Source of the DNA: Minisyncoccota bacterium
GTDB lineage: Bacteria > Patescibacteriota > Minisyncoccia > Phycocordibacterales > XYD1-FULL-46-19
Assembly (NCBI GenBank): GCA_018063065.1
Contig: JAGORB010000001.1
Span: 1 to 54,725 of the forward strand
DNA length: 54,725 nucleotides
Direction of reading: 5' to 3'
Under the pieces are notes generated by a model, which saw only the letters and a program-made list of their open reading frames with translations, did not search any database and was not told where the DNA came from. Position numbers and translations under genes: made by a program. Shown one piece after another: positions 1 to 10,490 of this stretch (its first letter is position 1; each line of letters starts with the position of its first letter).

Positions 1-1
1 C

Positions 2-94
2 AAGAATCGCAAGAAGGTAGAGCGCAAAATCGAGCTCAAGAAGTATTGTAAGTGGTGCAAGAAGAAGACTACTCACAAAGAAGCCAAGAAATAA
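2..94 (+). CDS. rpmG: 50S ribosomal protein L33, C-terminal fragment (5' end outside window)
   Basis: The frame starting at nt 2 reads KNRKKVERKIELKKYCKWCKKKTTHKEAKK-stop. This is the conserved L33 C-terminus with its CxxC knuckle. A hairpin and T-run follow. Confidence 0.8.
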   Translation, partial: KNRKKVERKIELKKYCKWCKKKTTHKEAKK

Positions 95-96
95 TC

Positions 97-127
97 AAAA
101 ACTCCCCACGATGGGGAGTTTTTGATT
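97..127 (+). terminator. intrinsic terminator after rpmG
   Basis: ACTCCCC-acgat-GGGGAGT stem-loop followed by TTTTGATTT. Confidence 0.7.
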
Positions 128-165
128 TGCCAGAAGGGTTAAAATCAGGTAGTTTTAGTGAGTTA

Positions 166-239
166 GGGCCTATAGTTCAGTGGTAGAATTTTCCTCTCCA
201 AAAGGAAAGACCGGGGTTCGAATCCTCGTGGGCCCGCCC
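166..239 (+). tRNA. trnW: tRNA-Trp (anticodon CCA)
   Basis: Hand-folded cloverleaf: acceptor GGGCCTA/TGGGCCC, D-arm GTTC..GAAT, anticodon stem TTCCT/AGGAA with loop CTCCAAA, T-arm CGGGG-TTCGAAT-CCTCG, and an encoded CCA. Confidence 0.9.
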
Positions 240-242
240 AAT

Positions 243-839
243 ATGTACGTTTATCACTCCTCTAAAACTCAGGGTTTAAAAACTATTGAGCCCAGAATCA
301 GTACTCATGAAAAATCGTGGGTCTATGCTTTAAAATCCCCTGAACACTCAATTTTATTTATGGGTAATAATCATGATCTAATCAATCAGATTGGTAATGA
401 TGTAAATGGTGAGTTATATATTTTTGAACGATTTGCTGGTGCCCTAGAACATGCCTATAAAGGAGAAGAAGGTTCAGTCTATACTTTAGATGAAAGTGAC
501 TTTAAAGCAGGGATGACTAGTTGGGACCCAGAGGTAATTTGTGAACATGCTTGTCCGGTGATTAAAGAAGAGAAGATTGATAATGTATTGGATAAAATTT
601 TAGAATTGGATAAAGCGGGTAAAATTAAAGTCTATCGCTTCCCTCATCGGCCTCCGGGAGTGCCAGCTGATAACAGTGATTTAATAGATAAAGCGGCTAG
701 ATGGGCCAGTCGTCCAGGTAAAGCGGGGGAACATGTGCTGGAAGAAATTAAAAAATACCTACCTGATTTGCTAGATAAGGTTAAGGAGAGGATGAAGCAA
801 GGAGTGACCAGTCATGGAGGCGGGGACGGGGAGATTTAA
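243..839 (+). CDS. hypothetical protein (198 aa)
   Basis: The track ORF is 180-839, but its first 21 codons are the tRNA-Trp sequence. The first ATG after the tRNA is at 243. There is no clear SD and I recognised no family. The 3' end overlaps the convergent gpmI by 69 nt. Confidence 0.5.
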   Translation: MYVYHSSKTQGLKTIEPRISTHEKSWVYALKSPEHSILFMGNNHDLINQIGNDVNGELYIFERFAGALEHAYKGEEGSVYTLDESDFKAGMTSWDPEVICEHACPVIKEEKIDNVLDKILELDKAGKIKVYRFPHRPPGVPADNSDLIDKAARWASRPGKAGEHVLEEIKKYLPDLLDKVKERMKQGVTSHGGGDGEI

Positions 840-2306
840 GAGTTTGAGAATAGTTGGCGCCAAGTCGGCGAGAGTGCCTTCATGAATTGTAAAATCGTGG
901 CTGGTGATAATCACCGGCACCGGGTTAGTGGTGTGAGCGGTGTGATTCTCACCCGTTAGCTCATCTTTATTAATCTCCGCATTACCGTGATCAGCGGTAA
1001 TGATAGCAATGCCGCCAGCCTCTTCAATAGCCTGTACCATCTTGCCTAGTGCCGCGTCGGCCGCTTCTACGGCCGTAATAATCGCCGGTACGTTGGCGGT
1101 GTGGCCCACCATGTCGGCATTAGCAATATTTACGAAGATAAAGTCCTTGCCTGCCTTAACCTGCTCCACCGTTTTGTCAGCAATGCCGGCGGCTTGCATC
1201 TCGGGGGCTAAGTCGTGAGTAGGTACATCTTTATGCGACGGCAACATAATATGCTCTTCACCATCGTAAGGTACTTCTACCCCACCGTTTAAAAAGTAAG
1301 TCGCGTGGGGGAATTTCTCCGTCTCGGCAATATGGGCTTGAGTTAAATGAGCGGCGCTAATCTCTTTAGCCAAGGTGGTCTCAATTTTAACGGGTGGGAA
1401 GGCGGCGGGGCAAGTAAGAGTGGGATCGTACTCGGTCATGGTGGCCACCTTCAAGTTAAGCTCGGCTTGTTTATTGAGCAGGTGTTTTAAAAGCATGCGC
1501 ACTCTGTCGGGTCGGAAGTTGAAGATGAAGACGCCGTCACCATTACCCACCGGCCAACCCTTGCCGTGCTCATCGAGGAAGACGAGCGGCTTCAAGTGTT
1601 CATCCAGGGCGCCAGTTCGATAAAGATTATTTACAATTTGCGAAGCTGGCTCTAGTTTACAAATTTGCCCCTCACACTTAAACATCGCTGCTTCCGCGGC
1701 CGCCAAGCGATCCCAGTTGTTGTCACGATCCATGGCATAGAAGCGTCCGGTCACACTGGCAATAGAGCCCACGCCCGCCTCGGCAATGACTGCCTCCAAC
1801 TCCTTCAAATAATTCCCGGCGCTCTGCGGCGCCGTGTCCCGCCCGTCGGTAAAGGCGTGAATAGCCACCCGCGTAATGCCCGCCGCTTTGGCCGCCTTAA
1901 GCAAGGCATGCAAGTGACTCTGATGACTGTGTACCCCGCCATCGGAAAGTAAGCCCATCAAGTGGAGGGTGGAGGCATGCTCTTTAACATGATCAAAGAC
2001 GGCGCAGACCGCCTCATTGCCAGCCAACTTATCTTCCGCCACGGCTTTATTAATTTGCACCAAGTCGGTATCTACCGCTCGGCCGGCGCCAATGGTGGTA
2101 TGACCCACCTCCGAGTTGCCCATCTGGCCCTCCGGCAAGCCCACGGCGAGTCCGGAGGCTTGTAGTAAGGCATGAGGATATTTAGCCCACAAGGCGTCAA
2201 AGTTGGGCGTGTTGGCGGCGGCAATGGCATTATCTTTAGTCTCTTCACGATAACCCCAACCATCTAAGATAATGAGAGCGACAGGTTTAACTTGGTTGGT
2301 GCTCAT
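771..2306 (-). CDS. gpmI: 2,3-bisphosphoglycerate-independent phosphoglycerate mutase
   Basis: 511 aa. N-terminal LIILDGWG, NSEVGH, and C-terminal ITADHGNAE motifs are typical of iPGM. Confidence 0.95.
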   Translation of the reverse strand: MSTNQVKPVALIILDGWGYREETKDNAIAAANTPNFDALWAKYPHALLQASGLAVGLPEGQMGNSEVGHTTIGAGRAVDTDLVQINKAVAEDKLAGNEAVCAVFDHVKEHASTLHLMGLLSDGGVHSHQSHLHALLKAAKAAGITRVAIHAFTDGRDTAPQSAGNYLKELEAVIAEAGVGSIASVTGRFYAMDRDNNWDRLAAAEAAMFKCEGQICKLEPASQIVNNLYRTGALDEHLKPLVFLDEHGKGWPVGNGDGVFIFNFRPDRVRMLLKHLLNKQAELNLKVATMTEYDPTLTCPAAFPPVKIETTLAKEISAAHLTQAHIAETEKFPHATYFLNGGVEVPYDGEEHIMLPSHKDVPTHDLAPEMQAAGIADKTVEQVKAGKDFIFVNIANADMVGHTANVPAIITAVEAADAALGKMVQAIEEAGGIAIITADHGNAEINKDELTGENHTAHTTNPVPVIITSHDFTIHEGTLADLAPTILKLLNLPVPASMTGHSLLHPLLNLI

Positions 2307-2310
2307 AAAA

Positions 2311-4454
<2,144 letters not shown>

Positions 4455-4536
4455 AATACACTTTATCTGCTATTATACAAGATGGAAGTAAGGCCGTGTT
4501 GGCTTAACAATAAAACAACGAAGAAGGAGAAGTAGA

Positions 4537-5202
4537 ATGTTTAACCGTTTGTTTGAGAACACAACAGCCTGGTTTTGCGTTGGTATCATTGTGGGGTTCA
4601 TCGGTTGTTATATCATGTGGGTGGATCCTTCCTTTGATCAGTTTCCTTGGGAAAAGAGTCAGATTCAAGCGGCAACTGATCTACAGGTCAACGAAGAGTA
4701 CCGCAACGAGTTGTGGGCACAGATGCCGGATTTTGCGGACTATAACAAGCTGTCGCCGGAAGATCAGAAGATTCTCGCTCACGCGATTGGGAAGTGTAAG
4801 GTTATGCGCCCGGATCCCGTAAATGCTTGGGAAGTTACAAGAGAGAGATTTCCCATAGCAGCGGAGTATCATAGCGGCAACCCTAACGCGCCGGGGTATG
4901 TCGTGGTTGTAGGGTCAGTTGACGATAATTCGTTGGGCAAGACCTTAGAATATGTGATCTACTACTACGATCCCAGTGGATACAGAGGTGGCGGTTACAG
5001 TTATCGCATATCCACTGACGGCAAGGCTTATCGCGCAATGGCGCTAGGCGGCTGGTCTCCCTATAATGACCAAGCCAAGATCGATGAGATCAAGAAAGGC
5101 CTCCTCGAAGTTATGGAGCCAAAGATCGTCGAGCAAGGTGATTACATCAAGCCGGAGCGCAAGACCAATCCGGATGCGGAGGAATACCTTCGACCATCAT
5201 AA
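4537..5202 (+). CDS. hypothetical membrane-anchored protein
   Basis: 221 aa with an N-terminal TM helix (WFCVGIIVGFIGCYIMWV). A strong SD (GAAGGAGAAG) lies 5 nt upstream of the ATG. Confidence 0.7.
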   Translation: MFNRLFENTTAWFCVGIIVGFIGCYIMWVDPSFDQFPWEKSQIQAATDLQVNEEYRNELWAQMPDFADYNKLSPEDQKILAHAIGKCKVMRPDPVNAWEVTRERFPIAAEYHSGNPNAPGYVVVVGSVDDNSLGKTLEYVIYYYDPSGYRGGGYSYRISTDGKAYRAMALGGWSPYNDQAKIDEIKKGLLEVMEPKIVEQGDYIKPERKTNPDAEEYLRPS

Positions 5203-5218
5203 GTTTTTTCAAAAAAGC

Positions 5219-5248
5219 GACCCCGCGGCTCATGTGAGCTGCGGGGTC
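5219..5248. terminator. bidirectional intrinsic terminator between convergent genes
   Basis: GACCCCGC-14 nt-GCGGGGTC stem, flanked by an A-run upstream and T-rich sequence downstream. Confidence 0.6.
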
Positions 5249-5257
5249 TATTCTATT

Positions 5258-5644
5258 TCAACTGGCAATTCCTAACAGTTCTCGCAACTCCGCTAATTTG
5301 GATTCTCGGTAGGAGTAACATTCCTGCAGAATTTTGCCAGGATCTTTGGTTTGAACGCGGAAGCGTTGTTGACCAAGAGAATCACGAATGAGGAGAATTA
5401 TTACGTCCTCGGCTTTAGAGATAATCTCCAAAACTCCTTTTGCCCATAATTGATCAGGGTAGAGGGTTGCCTTGTGCCAAGGGTCGGGAACGATAGATGC
5501 CTTTACTTCACTCTTCTTTCCTTCGATCACTTCTTCTTCAAGAAGACTCTTGATCCTCATGATGAAGGATTTTACCCCCGGCATGATCCGGTGTGGACCG
5601 TGGAATATCCTGATTCTTTTGTGCTTGACGGCTTGAAGGGACAT
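5258..5644 (-). CDS. hypothetical protein (128 aa)
   Basis: An in-frame ATG at 5644 is preceded by AAGGAGAAG. The longer track ORF (to 5914) runs antisense through tRNA-Leu and is rejected. Confidence 0.6.
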   Translation of the reverse strand: MSLQAVKHKRIRIFHGPHRIMPGVKSFIMRIKSLLEEEVIEGKKSEVKASIVPDPWHKATLYPDQLWAKGVLEIISKAEDVIILLIRDSLGQQRFRVQTKDPGKILQECYSYRESKLAELRELLGIAS

Positions 5645-5745
5645 GGTTGCTTCTCCTTCTTTAATACCTGAGATGTACAACGAGGCCTCTGTCTCTAGCC
5701 TAGCAAATTGCAATTTGGCTCGCAATAGGTAAAATACCCATACAA

Positions 5746-5826
5746 GCCGGAGTGGTGGAATGGTAGACACGCACGACTCAAAATCGTGTGTCGCAAGACG
5801 TGAGAGTTCAAGTCTCTCCTCCGGCA
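5746..5826 (+). tRNA. trnL: tRNA-Leu (anticodon CAA), class II with long variable arm
   Basis: Acceptor GCCGGAG/CTCCGGC, anticodon stem CACGA/TCGTG with loop CTCAAAA, variable arm GTCGCAAGACG, T-arm GAGAG-TTCAAGT-CTCTC, discriminator A. No CCA is encoded. Confidence 0.9.
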
Positions 5827-5835
5827 CAAAATGAA

Positions 5836-5870
5836 ATTGCCTGGGCTTATGCTCGGGCAATTTTATTTTT
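5836..5870 (+). terminator. intrinsic terminator after tRNA-Leu
   Basis: ATTGCCTGGGC-ttat-GCTCGGGCAAT stem (two G-U pairs) followed by TTTTATTTTT. Confidence 0.6.
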
Positions 5871-5904
5871 GGTAGCCCTGGGAGACTTGAACAGGAAAGG
5901 GGTC

Positions 5905-5959
5905 GGGAAAACACTTTGTTTTCCCGTGGAGGAAGGAATGGGAAAACCGTGGGTTTCCC
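5905..5959. promoter_or_regulatory. two adjacent GGGAAA(A)..(T)TTTCCC inverted repeats (possible operator pair)
   Basis: GGGAAAACactttGTTTTCCC at 5905-5925 and GGGAAAaccgtggGTTTCCC at 5940-5959, upstream of the large surface-protein gene. Confidence 0.3.
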
Positions 5960-5993
5960 AGGAGTTCAGTCCAAGCGCGTGCACCCCTTATCC

Positions 5994-6026
5994 CCATCTC
6001 CCATCTCCCATCTCCCATCTCCCATA
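5994..6026. repeat. heptanucleotide tandem repeat (CCATCTC) x4 plus a partial copy
   Basis: Direct reading gives ccatctc ccatctc ccatctc ccatctc ccata. The repeat sits immediately upstream of an extended -10 (TGaTATAAT, 6032-6040). Confidence 0.95.
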
Positions 6027-6070
6027 TAACGTGATATAATATTCGCAAAATCTATGGCCATGGTGTCGTT

Positions 6071-6077
6071 GGGGGGG
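6071..6077 (+). repeat. poly-G tract (G7) between an ATG and an out-of-frame signal peptide
   Basis: ATG(6054) GCC ATG GTG TCG TTG GGG GGG TAA. With one extra G the frame continues as ..GVIKSRTNALALALCLSFLFPLLSVSAQT, which is the frame of the 6137-9517 ORF. Confidence 0.9.
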
Positions 6078-6136
6078 TAATTAAAAGTAGGACAAATGCC
6101 CTAGCACTTGCCCTCTGCCTTTCTTTCCTCTTCCCC

Positions 6137-9100
6137 TTGCTCTCTGTGAGCGCTCAAACATCTTCTTGCTCATTGCCCCGCTCCCTCTACGTTGGTCTCC
6201 AAGGTGAAGATGTAACTTGTTTGCAAAAAATGCTTCAAGCCCAAGGATTCTTCTCTGTTCCGGCCACCGGTTTCTTTGGTGCTGCCACCTGGCAAGCCGT
6301 GGCCAATTTTCAACGAGCTAATAGTCTTCCGGTTATTGGTATTGCCGGTCCTCAAACCAGAGCTAAATTAACAACGACTACCACCCCTACTACCCTTAAT
6401 CCGGCCGAGCGTTTAGCTAAACTGACCCTATTGTTGCAGGAAGCCCAATCCCTGTTGGCCAAAGTATCTTCTGAATCCTCAACTCCTCCCAAGACCACTA
6501 CTCGACACCGTACCGGTGGTGCAAATGCTGTTGTGGGGGGATTAGAAAATTTTACTTTATCTGATCAAACACTTAATTTTGGTGCCTTGACTCTTGAAGG
6601 GGATGGCGGACTAATTCCTACTACTAATGGGGTTATCACTTCCGCTGCTATTATAGGAGGAAATGAGGATAGTCACTGGCAAATAGATTCTGAGACCGGT
6701 CTTATTACGCCGACCAATGATGGTGATGATGCTGATTTAGATCAAGGACCCTATACTCTCCGGCTATCTCTGGAAAGTGGGGAAGAAAGTGTTGAGGGGG
6801 AAGTAGTAATAGAGACTTCGGGAAATGATTTAGAAAATACCTACCATGTAGCCAGTGAAGAAGAGTATGAAGAATGGGCGGCACTTAAGGATGATGGAAC
6901 CGTAGCTCAATTCCGTGATGAAGAAGCTACCGCTTTTGCTTATAATCAAATAGTGTGGAAGGTTGACCAAGTTTTATCTTATACTGATAACGATTATGGC
7001 CGCTTTGTTTTAGGTGATTTTTGGGCCAAAGCCCCCTTTGAGGTAGTAGAGATTTTGCCGGCTTGGGATGGGGCACGCCATGGTGCCATGCTTGATATGG
7101 GGAATATCGCAGGACAAGGTTTTTACGATCGGTTGACGGTGGAACCGGACTATTCCGGGGGACATTTTGCCTTTGATGGATCTAATCGAGATTCAGTGCC
7201 TATTGCGATGAGTGATGATGCCACCCACTCACTTACTATGACTATTGGTAAACAAACGCCAGCGTCGGGTGGGGCTGAACAAATGCTAGAAAGAGCCGTA
7301 GTGTTCACTTCTTTACCACCAAGTGAAACTGTTGCTGTTACGGACACTACTTTTCGCCCTTCTTATATGGGGACGAAGCGATTACTAGATTGGTCTGATG
7401 CTAATACTGATTTATTGCCGGACCTATCTTTACCAGCCGGTGCTACTCTACCCACTACCGGTCAAATGGCTCAAGTTTGGCTCCATAATGGTCCCAATAA
7501 TTCTCATACAGATGGTTTACCTGGTACTTCTGCAACAATTCATCCAGATTTAAACATGCCACCTTATCCTCGTGATAGCGGTATTGTTGTATCTGATTAT
7601 GCAGCCGCGACTCTTATAAATAGTCCTGATCGTGATACTTACGCTAAAGAGCTTATTCAAGTCGGGATAGATCTTTTTGGAGTTCATAAAACGGCACCAG
7701 AGCACGTCTTTATGGGGGCGGCTGGTTATGGTAATGGGTGGAAGTTCCCAATCGTTTTTGCGGCCACATTGTTAGGTGACGAGACGATGCAGGATTTCAA
7801 TGATTTGATGCCTACCAAATTTGGAGGTAACACAGTCTACTCTTTCGGTGAAGATGGACTCACTTATCTGGGTGAAGATGAGCTTAATCTTGGCCAGCCA
7901 CGATATATGTGGGGGGCCGATGGGGAAAATATTGGTTATGAGGTACCATATTTCTTTAATCACTACTACAGGGATATCGATGGATTGACGGAAGTGGAAG
8001 CCCCAACGGGCTATAGTAACTTATCTCCCGCTGTAGTCTCTGGGGCGGCTGGTGCTTCTACGGGAGCTTATAGTGGTAACGGTTCAGGTGGAGGGACACA
8101 AACTCAAATTACCCTTCTGGGATCACCTGATCTCTCAACTATTAATGGTAATAATGAACTTTATTTAAAAATTTCAGGGACTTGGACGTTTTTTGATATT
8201 ACTGCTGTTGATAATAATACTAAAGTTGTAACGGCGGCGGAGGCACCGGGAGTACCGATTAATTCCGGTGCTTCAGCTGTGGAATGGAAAATTTCTAATC
8301 ACGGTGCTTACCGCGTATGTTGTTCATCGCGGACTTGGGTGGGTCAAAATCTCGCTCTATATCACATAGGCTCAGCAATTCAAGATGTGTGGGGTGATCA
8401 CTATGACATTTTTAGCGGCTATGTAAATCGGTGGGTGACTGATGATTATAATCCCACCGGTCTCAATCTTTATGGATCCAACTTTGTCCGTGATATGTGG
8501 TTGGAATATCCGGCTTATGATGGTACTCCACCTACAGTCTCTCTAACTAATCCGGCCGACAGCGCTACTGTATTAGGTGATGTCACTATTTCTGCTACTG
8601 CTGACGATAATGTCAATGCCGGTGTTGTGGGCGTAGAATTTAAAGTGGATGATGAACTCATCCTAGATGATCTCACCTCACCATACAGTATTACTTGGGA
8701 TTCCACGGGAGTGGCTGACGGCTCTTATGATTTAGTAGCGGTAGCACGGGATACTTCTGGTAATTATGCTACCTCGAGTGTTGTGACAGTAGATGTTAAT
8801 AACACAGAAGAATATTCAGCTGTAGCAGTAGACAATGGCGGTACTGTTTATGGAGATAAGTCCTCTTTTGCCGGTGGTAGCGCTTCTAAAACTGGCACCG
8901 TAAGCTTCTGGTTCTATGTGGATGAAGATTCTTGGCCAACGGGCAATAAGAGGATATTAGATTTGAGATCTACAGGAGTGAGTGTTTTGCAAATAGGAAC
9001 TAGTTTTAATGCCGGCCGGTTAAATTTTTCTTGGCGTAATGCAGCCAATTCATCTATTGCTGGTCGGGATACTAATACCAATATTTTCTCAGTTCGTACC

Positions 9101-9517
9101 TGGTACCATATTTTACTCAGTTATGATTTAGCCAACCTTTCTGTTCAAATATACATGACTCCGGCGGGAGGCACGGAATCGGTAGTACCAATTGCCAATT
9201 CTTCCACTAGTAATGATTTTGTTGGAGCAATTGATCGTGCGGGTGTTCTGGGGCTAGTTACCGGTTCTAGTGTTTTTGATGGGTTCATGTCTGATTTGTG
9301 GGTGGATACTCAGAATGCTCTTGATTTAAGTGTGGAGGCTAATCGCCGGCATTTTGTGGATGGTAATGGTCGGCCAGTCAATATTAGTAGTTATGGATCA
9401 CCTCAATTACGGCTTAATAACCCAGTCGGCTCTTGGTTTAATAATACTGGTTCGGGCGGTAATCTTACTCCGGGCGGAGGTAGTTTGAATGCCGCAGCTT
9501 CTAGTCCGAGTGATTAA
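6137..9517 (+). CDS. large secreted/cell-surface protein: PG-binding domain, central region, Ig-like domain, C-terminal LamG/concanavalin-like domain
   Basis: 1126 aa from the TTG at 6137. The PG_binding_1-like segment is LQGEDVTCLQKMLQAQGFF..ATGFFGAATWQAVANFQ. The Ig-like segment is PPTVSLTNPADSATVLGDVTISATADDNVNAGVVGVEFKVDD. The LamG-like C-terminus is GTVSFWFYVDE..WYHILLSYD. The same frame stays open back to 6035 and encodes a classic signal peptide with no canonical start codon, so the true N-terminus is probably upstream (see findings). Confidence 0.85.
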   Translation: MLSVSAQTSSCSLPRSLYVGLQGEDVTCLQKMLQAQGFFSVPATGFFGAATWQAVANFQRANSLPVIGIAGPQTRAKLTTTTTPTTLNPAERLAKLTLLLQEAQSLLAKVSSESSTPPKTTTRHRTGGANAVVGGLENFTLSDQTLNFGALTLEGDGGLIPTTNGVITSAAIIGGNEDSHWQIDSETGLITPTNDGDDADLDQGPYTLRLSLESGEESVEGEVVIETSGNDLENTYHVASEEEYEEWAALKDDGTVAQFRDEEATAFAYNQIVWKVDQVLSYTDNDYGRFVLGDFWAKAPFEVVEILPAWDGARHGAMLDMGNIAGQGFYDRLTVEPDYSGGHFAFDGSNRDSVPIAMSDDATHSLTMTIGKQTPASGGAEQMLERAVVFTSLPPSETVAVTDTTFRPSYMGTKRLLDWSDANTDLLPDLSLPAGATLPTTGQMAQVWLHNGPNNSHTDGLPGTSATIHPDLNMPPYPRDSGIVVSDYAAATLINSPDRDTYAKELIQVGIDLFGVHKTAPEHVFMGAAGYGNGWKFPIVFAATLLGDETMQDFNDLMPTKFGGNTVYSFGEDGLTYLGEDELNLGQPRYMWGADGENIGYEVPYFFNHYYRDIDGLTEVEAPTGYSNLSPAVVSGAAGASTGAYSGNGSGGGTQTQITLLGSPDLSTINGNNELYLKISGTWTFFDITAVDNNTKVVTAAEAPGVPINSGASAVEWKISNHGAYRVCCSSRTWVGQNLALYHIGSAIQDVWGDHYDIFSGYVNRWVTDDYNPTGLNLYGSNFVRDMWLEYPAYDGTPPTVSLTNPADSATVLGDVTISATADDNVNAGVVGVEFKVDDELILDDLTSPYSITWDSTGVADGSYDLVAVARDTSGNYATSSVVTVDVNNTEEYSAVAVDNGGTVYGDKSSFAGGSASKTGTVSFWFYVDEDSWPTGNKRILDLRSTGVSVLQIGTSFNAGRLNFSWRNAANSSIAGRDTNTNIFSVRTWYHILLSYDLANLSVQIYMTPAGGTESVVPIANSSTSNDFVGAIDRAGVLGLVTGSSVFDGFMSDLWVDTQNALDLSVEANRRHFVDGNGRPVNISSYGSPQLRLNNPVGSWFNNTGSGGNLTPGGGSLNAAASSPSD

Positions 9518-9550
9518 GTTCGGTTGTTGGATCTATGCTAAAATAATCCC

Positions 9551-10489
9551 ATGACGGAACAGTATCATGGCTCAATCTTCTGGATTGAGGTGGAGAAGAT
9601 TAAGCCCAACCCCTTCCAACCCCGACGGGAGTTTGATGAGGATCGCTTACGTGACCTCTCTGATTCTGTTCGCCAATACGGCGTGCTCCAGCCATTAGTC
9701 GTTACTCGTAAAGAGATTGTCCGCGAGGATGGTGGCATTACCAGTGAGTATGAGCTCATTGCCGGTGAGCGCCGTTTGCGCGCCTCTAAGCTGGCCGGCC
9801 TCTCTAAAGTGCCGGCCATTATCCGCACTGGCGAGGAGACAGATAAGTTGAAGTTGGAGATGGCGATTATTGAGAACTTGCAGCGCGAGGATCTTAACCC
9901 TGTTGATCGAGCGCAAGCCTTCCACCAGCTCGTGAATGAATTTGGTCTTAAGCATATTGAGGTGGCCAAGCGGGTAGGCAAGAGTCGTGAATATGTTTCT
10001 AATTCAGTCCGGATTTTAGCTTTACCACAAGAAATTATCGACGCCTTGGTCAAGAAGGAGATTACCGAGGGCCATACTAGGCCCCTACTCATGCTTATGG
10101 ACCGACCGGCCGAGCAGGCCACACTCTTCCGCGAGATTATTGCCAAGCGGATGACAGTGCGCGACGCGGAGAATATCTCGCGGCGCATTGCTTATGATAA
10201 GGTGCGCAAGAAGGAGCGCTTCATTGACCCCAATATTTTAGACATGGAGGAGAAGTTGTCGGAGCAGTTAGGGACGAGGGTGAAGGTGGAGAAGCAGCCC
10301 AACTCCGACAACGGCCGCATTACTATCGACTTCTTTAATAAAGAAGATTTGTCTAGAATTCTGGCTGGCCTAGCTGAGGGAGAGACGGGAGAGTTGGATC
10401 ACGAAGAAGCTTCCACTATTACCGAGACCGAACTTAAAACTTCCGGAGACGACACTGACTTATATTCAGTAAAGAACTTTAGTCTTTAA
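9551..10489 (+). CDS. parB: ParB/Spo0J chromosome partitioning protein
   Basis: 312 aa. Contains the ParB box (NPFQPRREFDE, LQPLVV, YELIAGERRLRASKLAGL..VPAI) and an HTH region. Confidence 0.92.
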   Translation: MTEQYHGSIFWIEVEKIKPNPFQPRREFDEDRLRDLSDSVRQYGVLQPLVVTRKEIVREDGGITSEYELIAGERRLRASKLAGLSKVPAIIRTGEETDKLKLEMAIIENLQREDLNPVDRAQAFHQLVNEFGLKHIEVAKRVGKSREYVSNSVRILALPQEIIDALVKKEITEGHTRPLLMLMDRPAEQATLFREIIAKRMTVRDAENISRRIAYDKVRKKERFIDPNILDMEEKLSEQLGTRVKVEKQPNSDNGRITIDFFNKEDLSRILAGLAEGETGELDHEEASTITETELKTSGDDTDLYSVKNFSL

Positions 10490-10490
10490 T

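Noticed and set aside
180-242. N-terminal 21 codons of track ORF 180-839
   Set aside because: This stretch is the tRNA-Trp gene read as protein (..GSNPRGPA..). The CDS start was moved to the first ATG after the tRNA.
5645-5914. Upstream part of track ORF 5258-5914 (minus)
   Set aside because: It reads antisense through tRNA-Leu and its terminator. An SD-linked internal ATG at 5644 gives a more credible 128-aa gene.
9565-10188. 207-aa ORF antisense to parB, and similar long shadow ORFs (20329-20970 antisense to the Clp-like gene, 40795-41436 antisense to the oxidoreductase, 13377-13838 antisense to topA, 53991-54404 antisense to uvrB)
   Set aside because: Each lies wholly inside a confidently identified gene on the opposite strand. 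Their compositions are Ser/Arg/Leu-rich, typical of antisense frames, and none has an SD.
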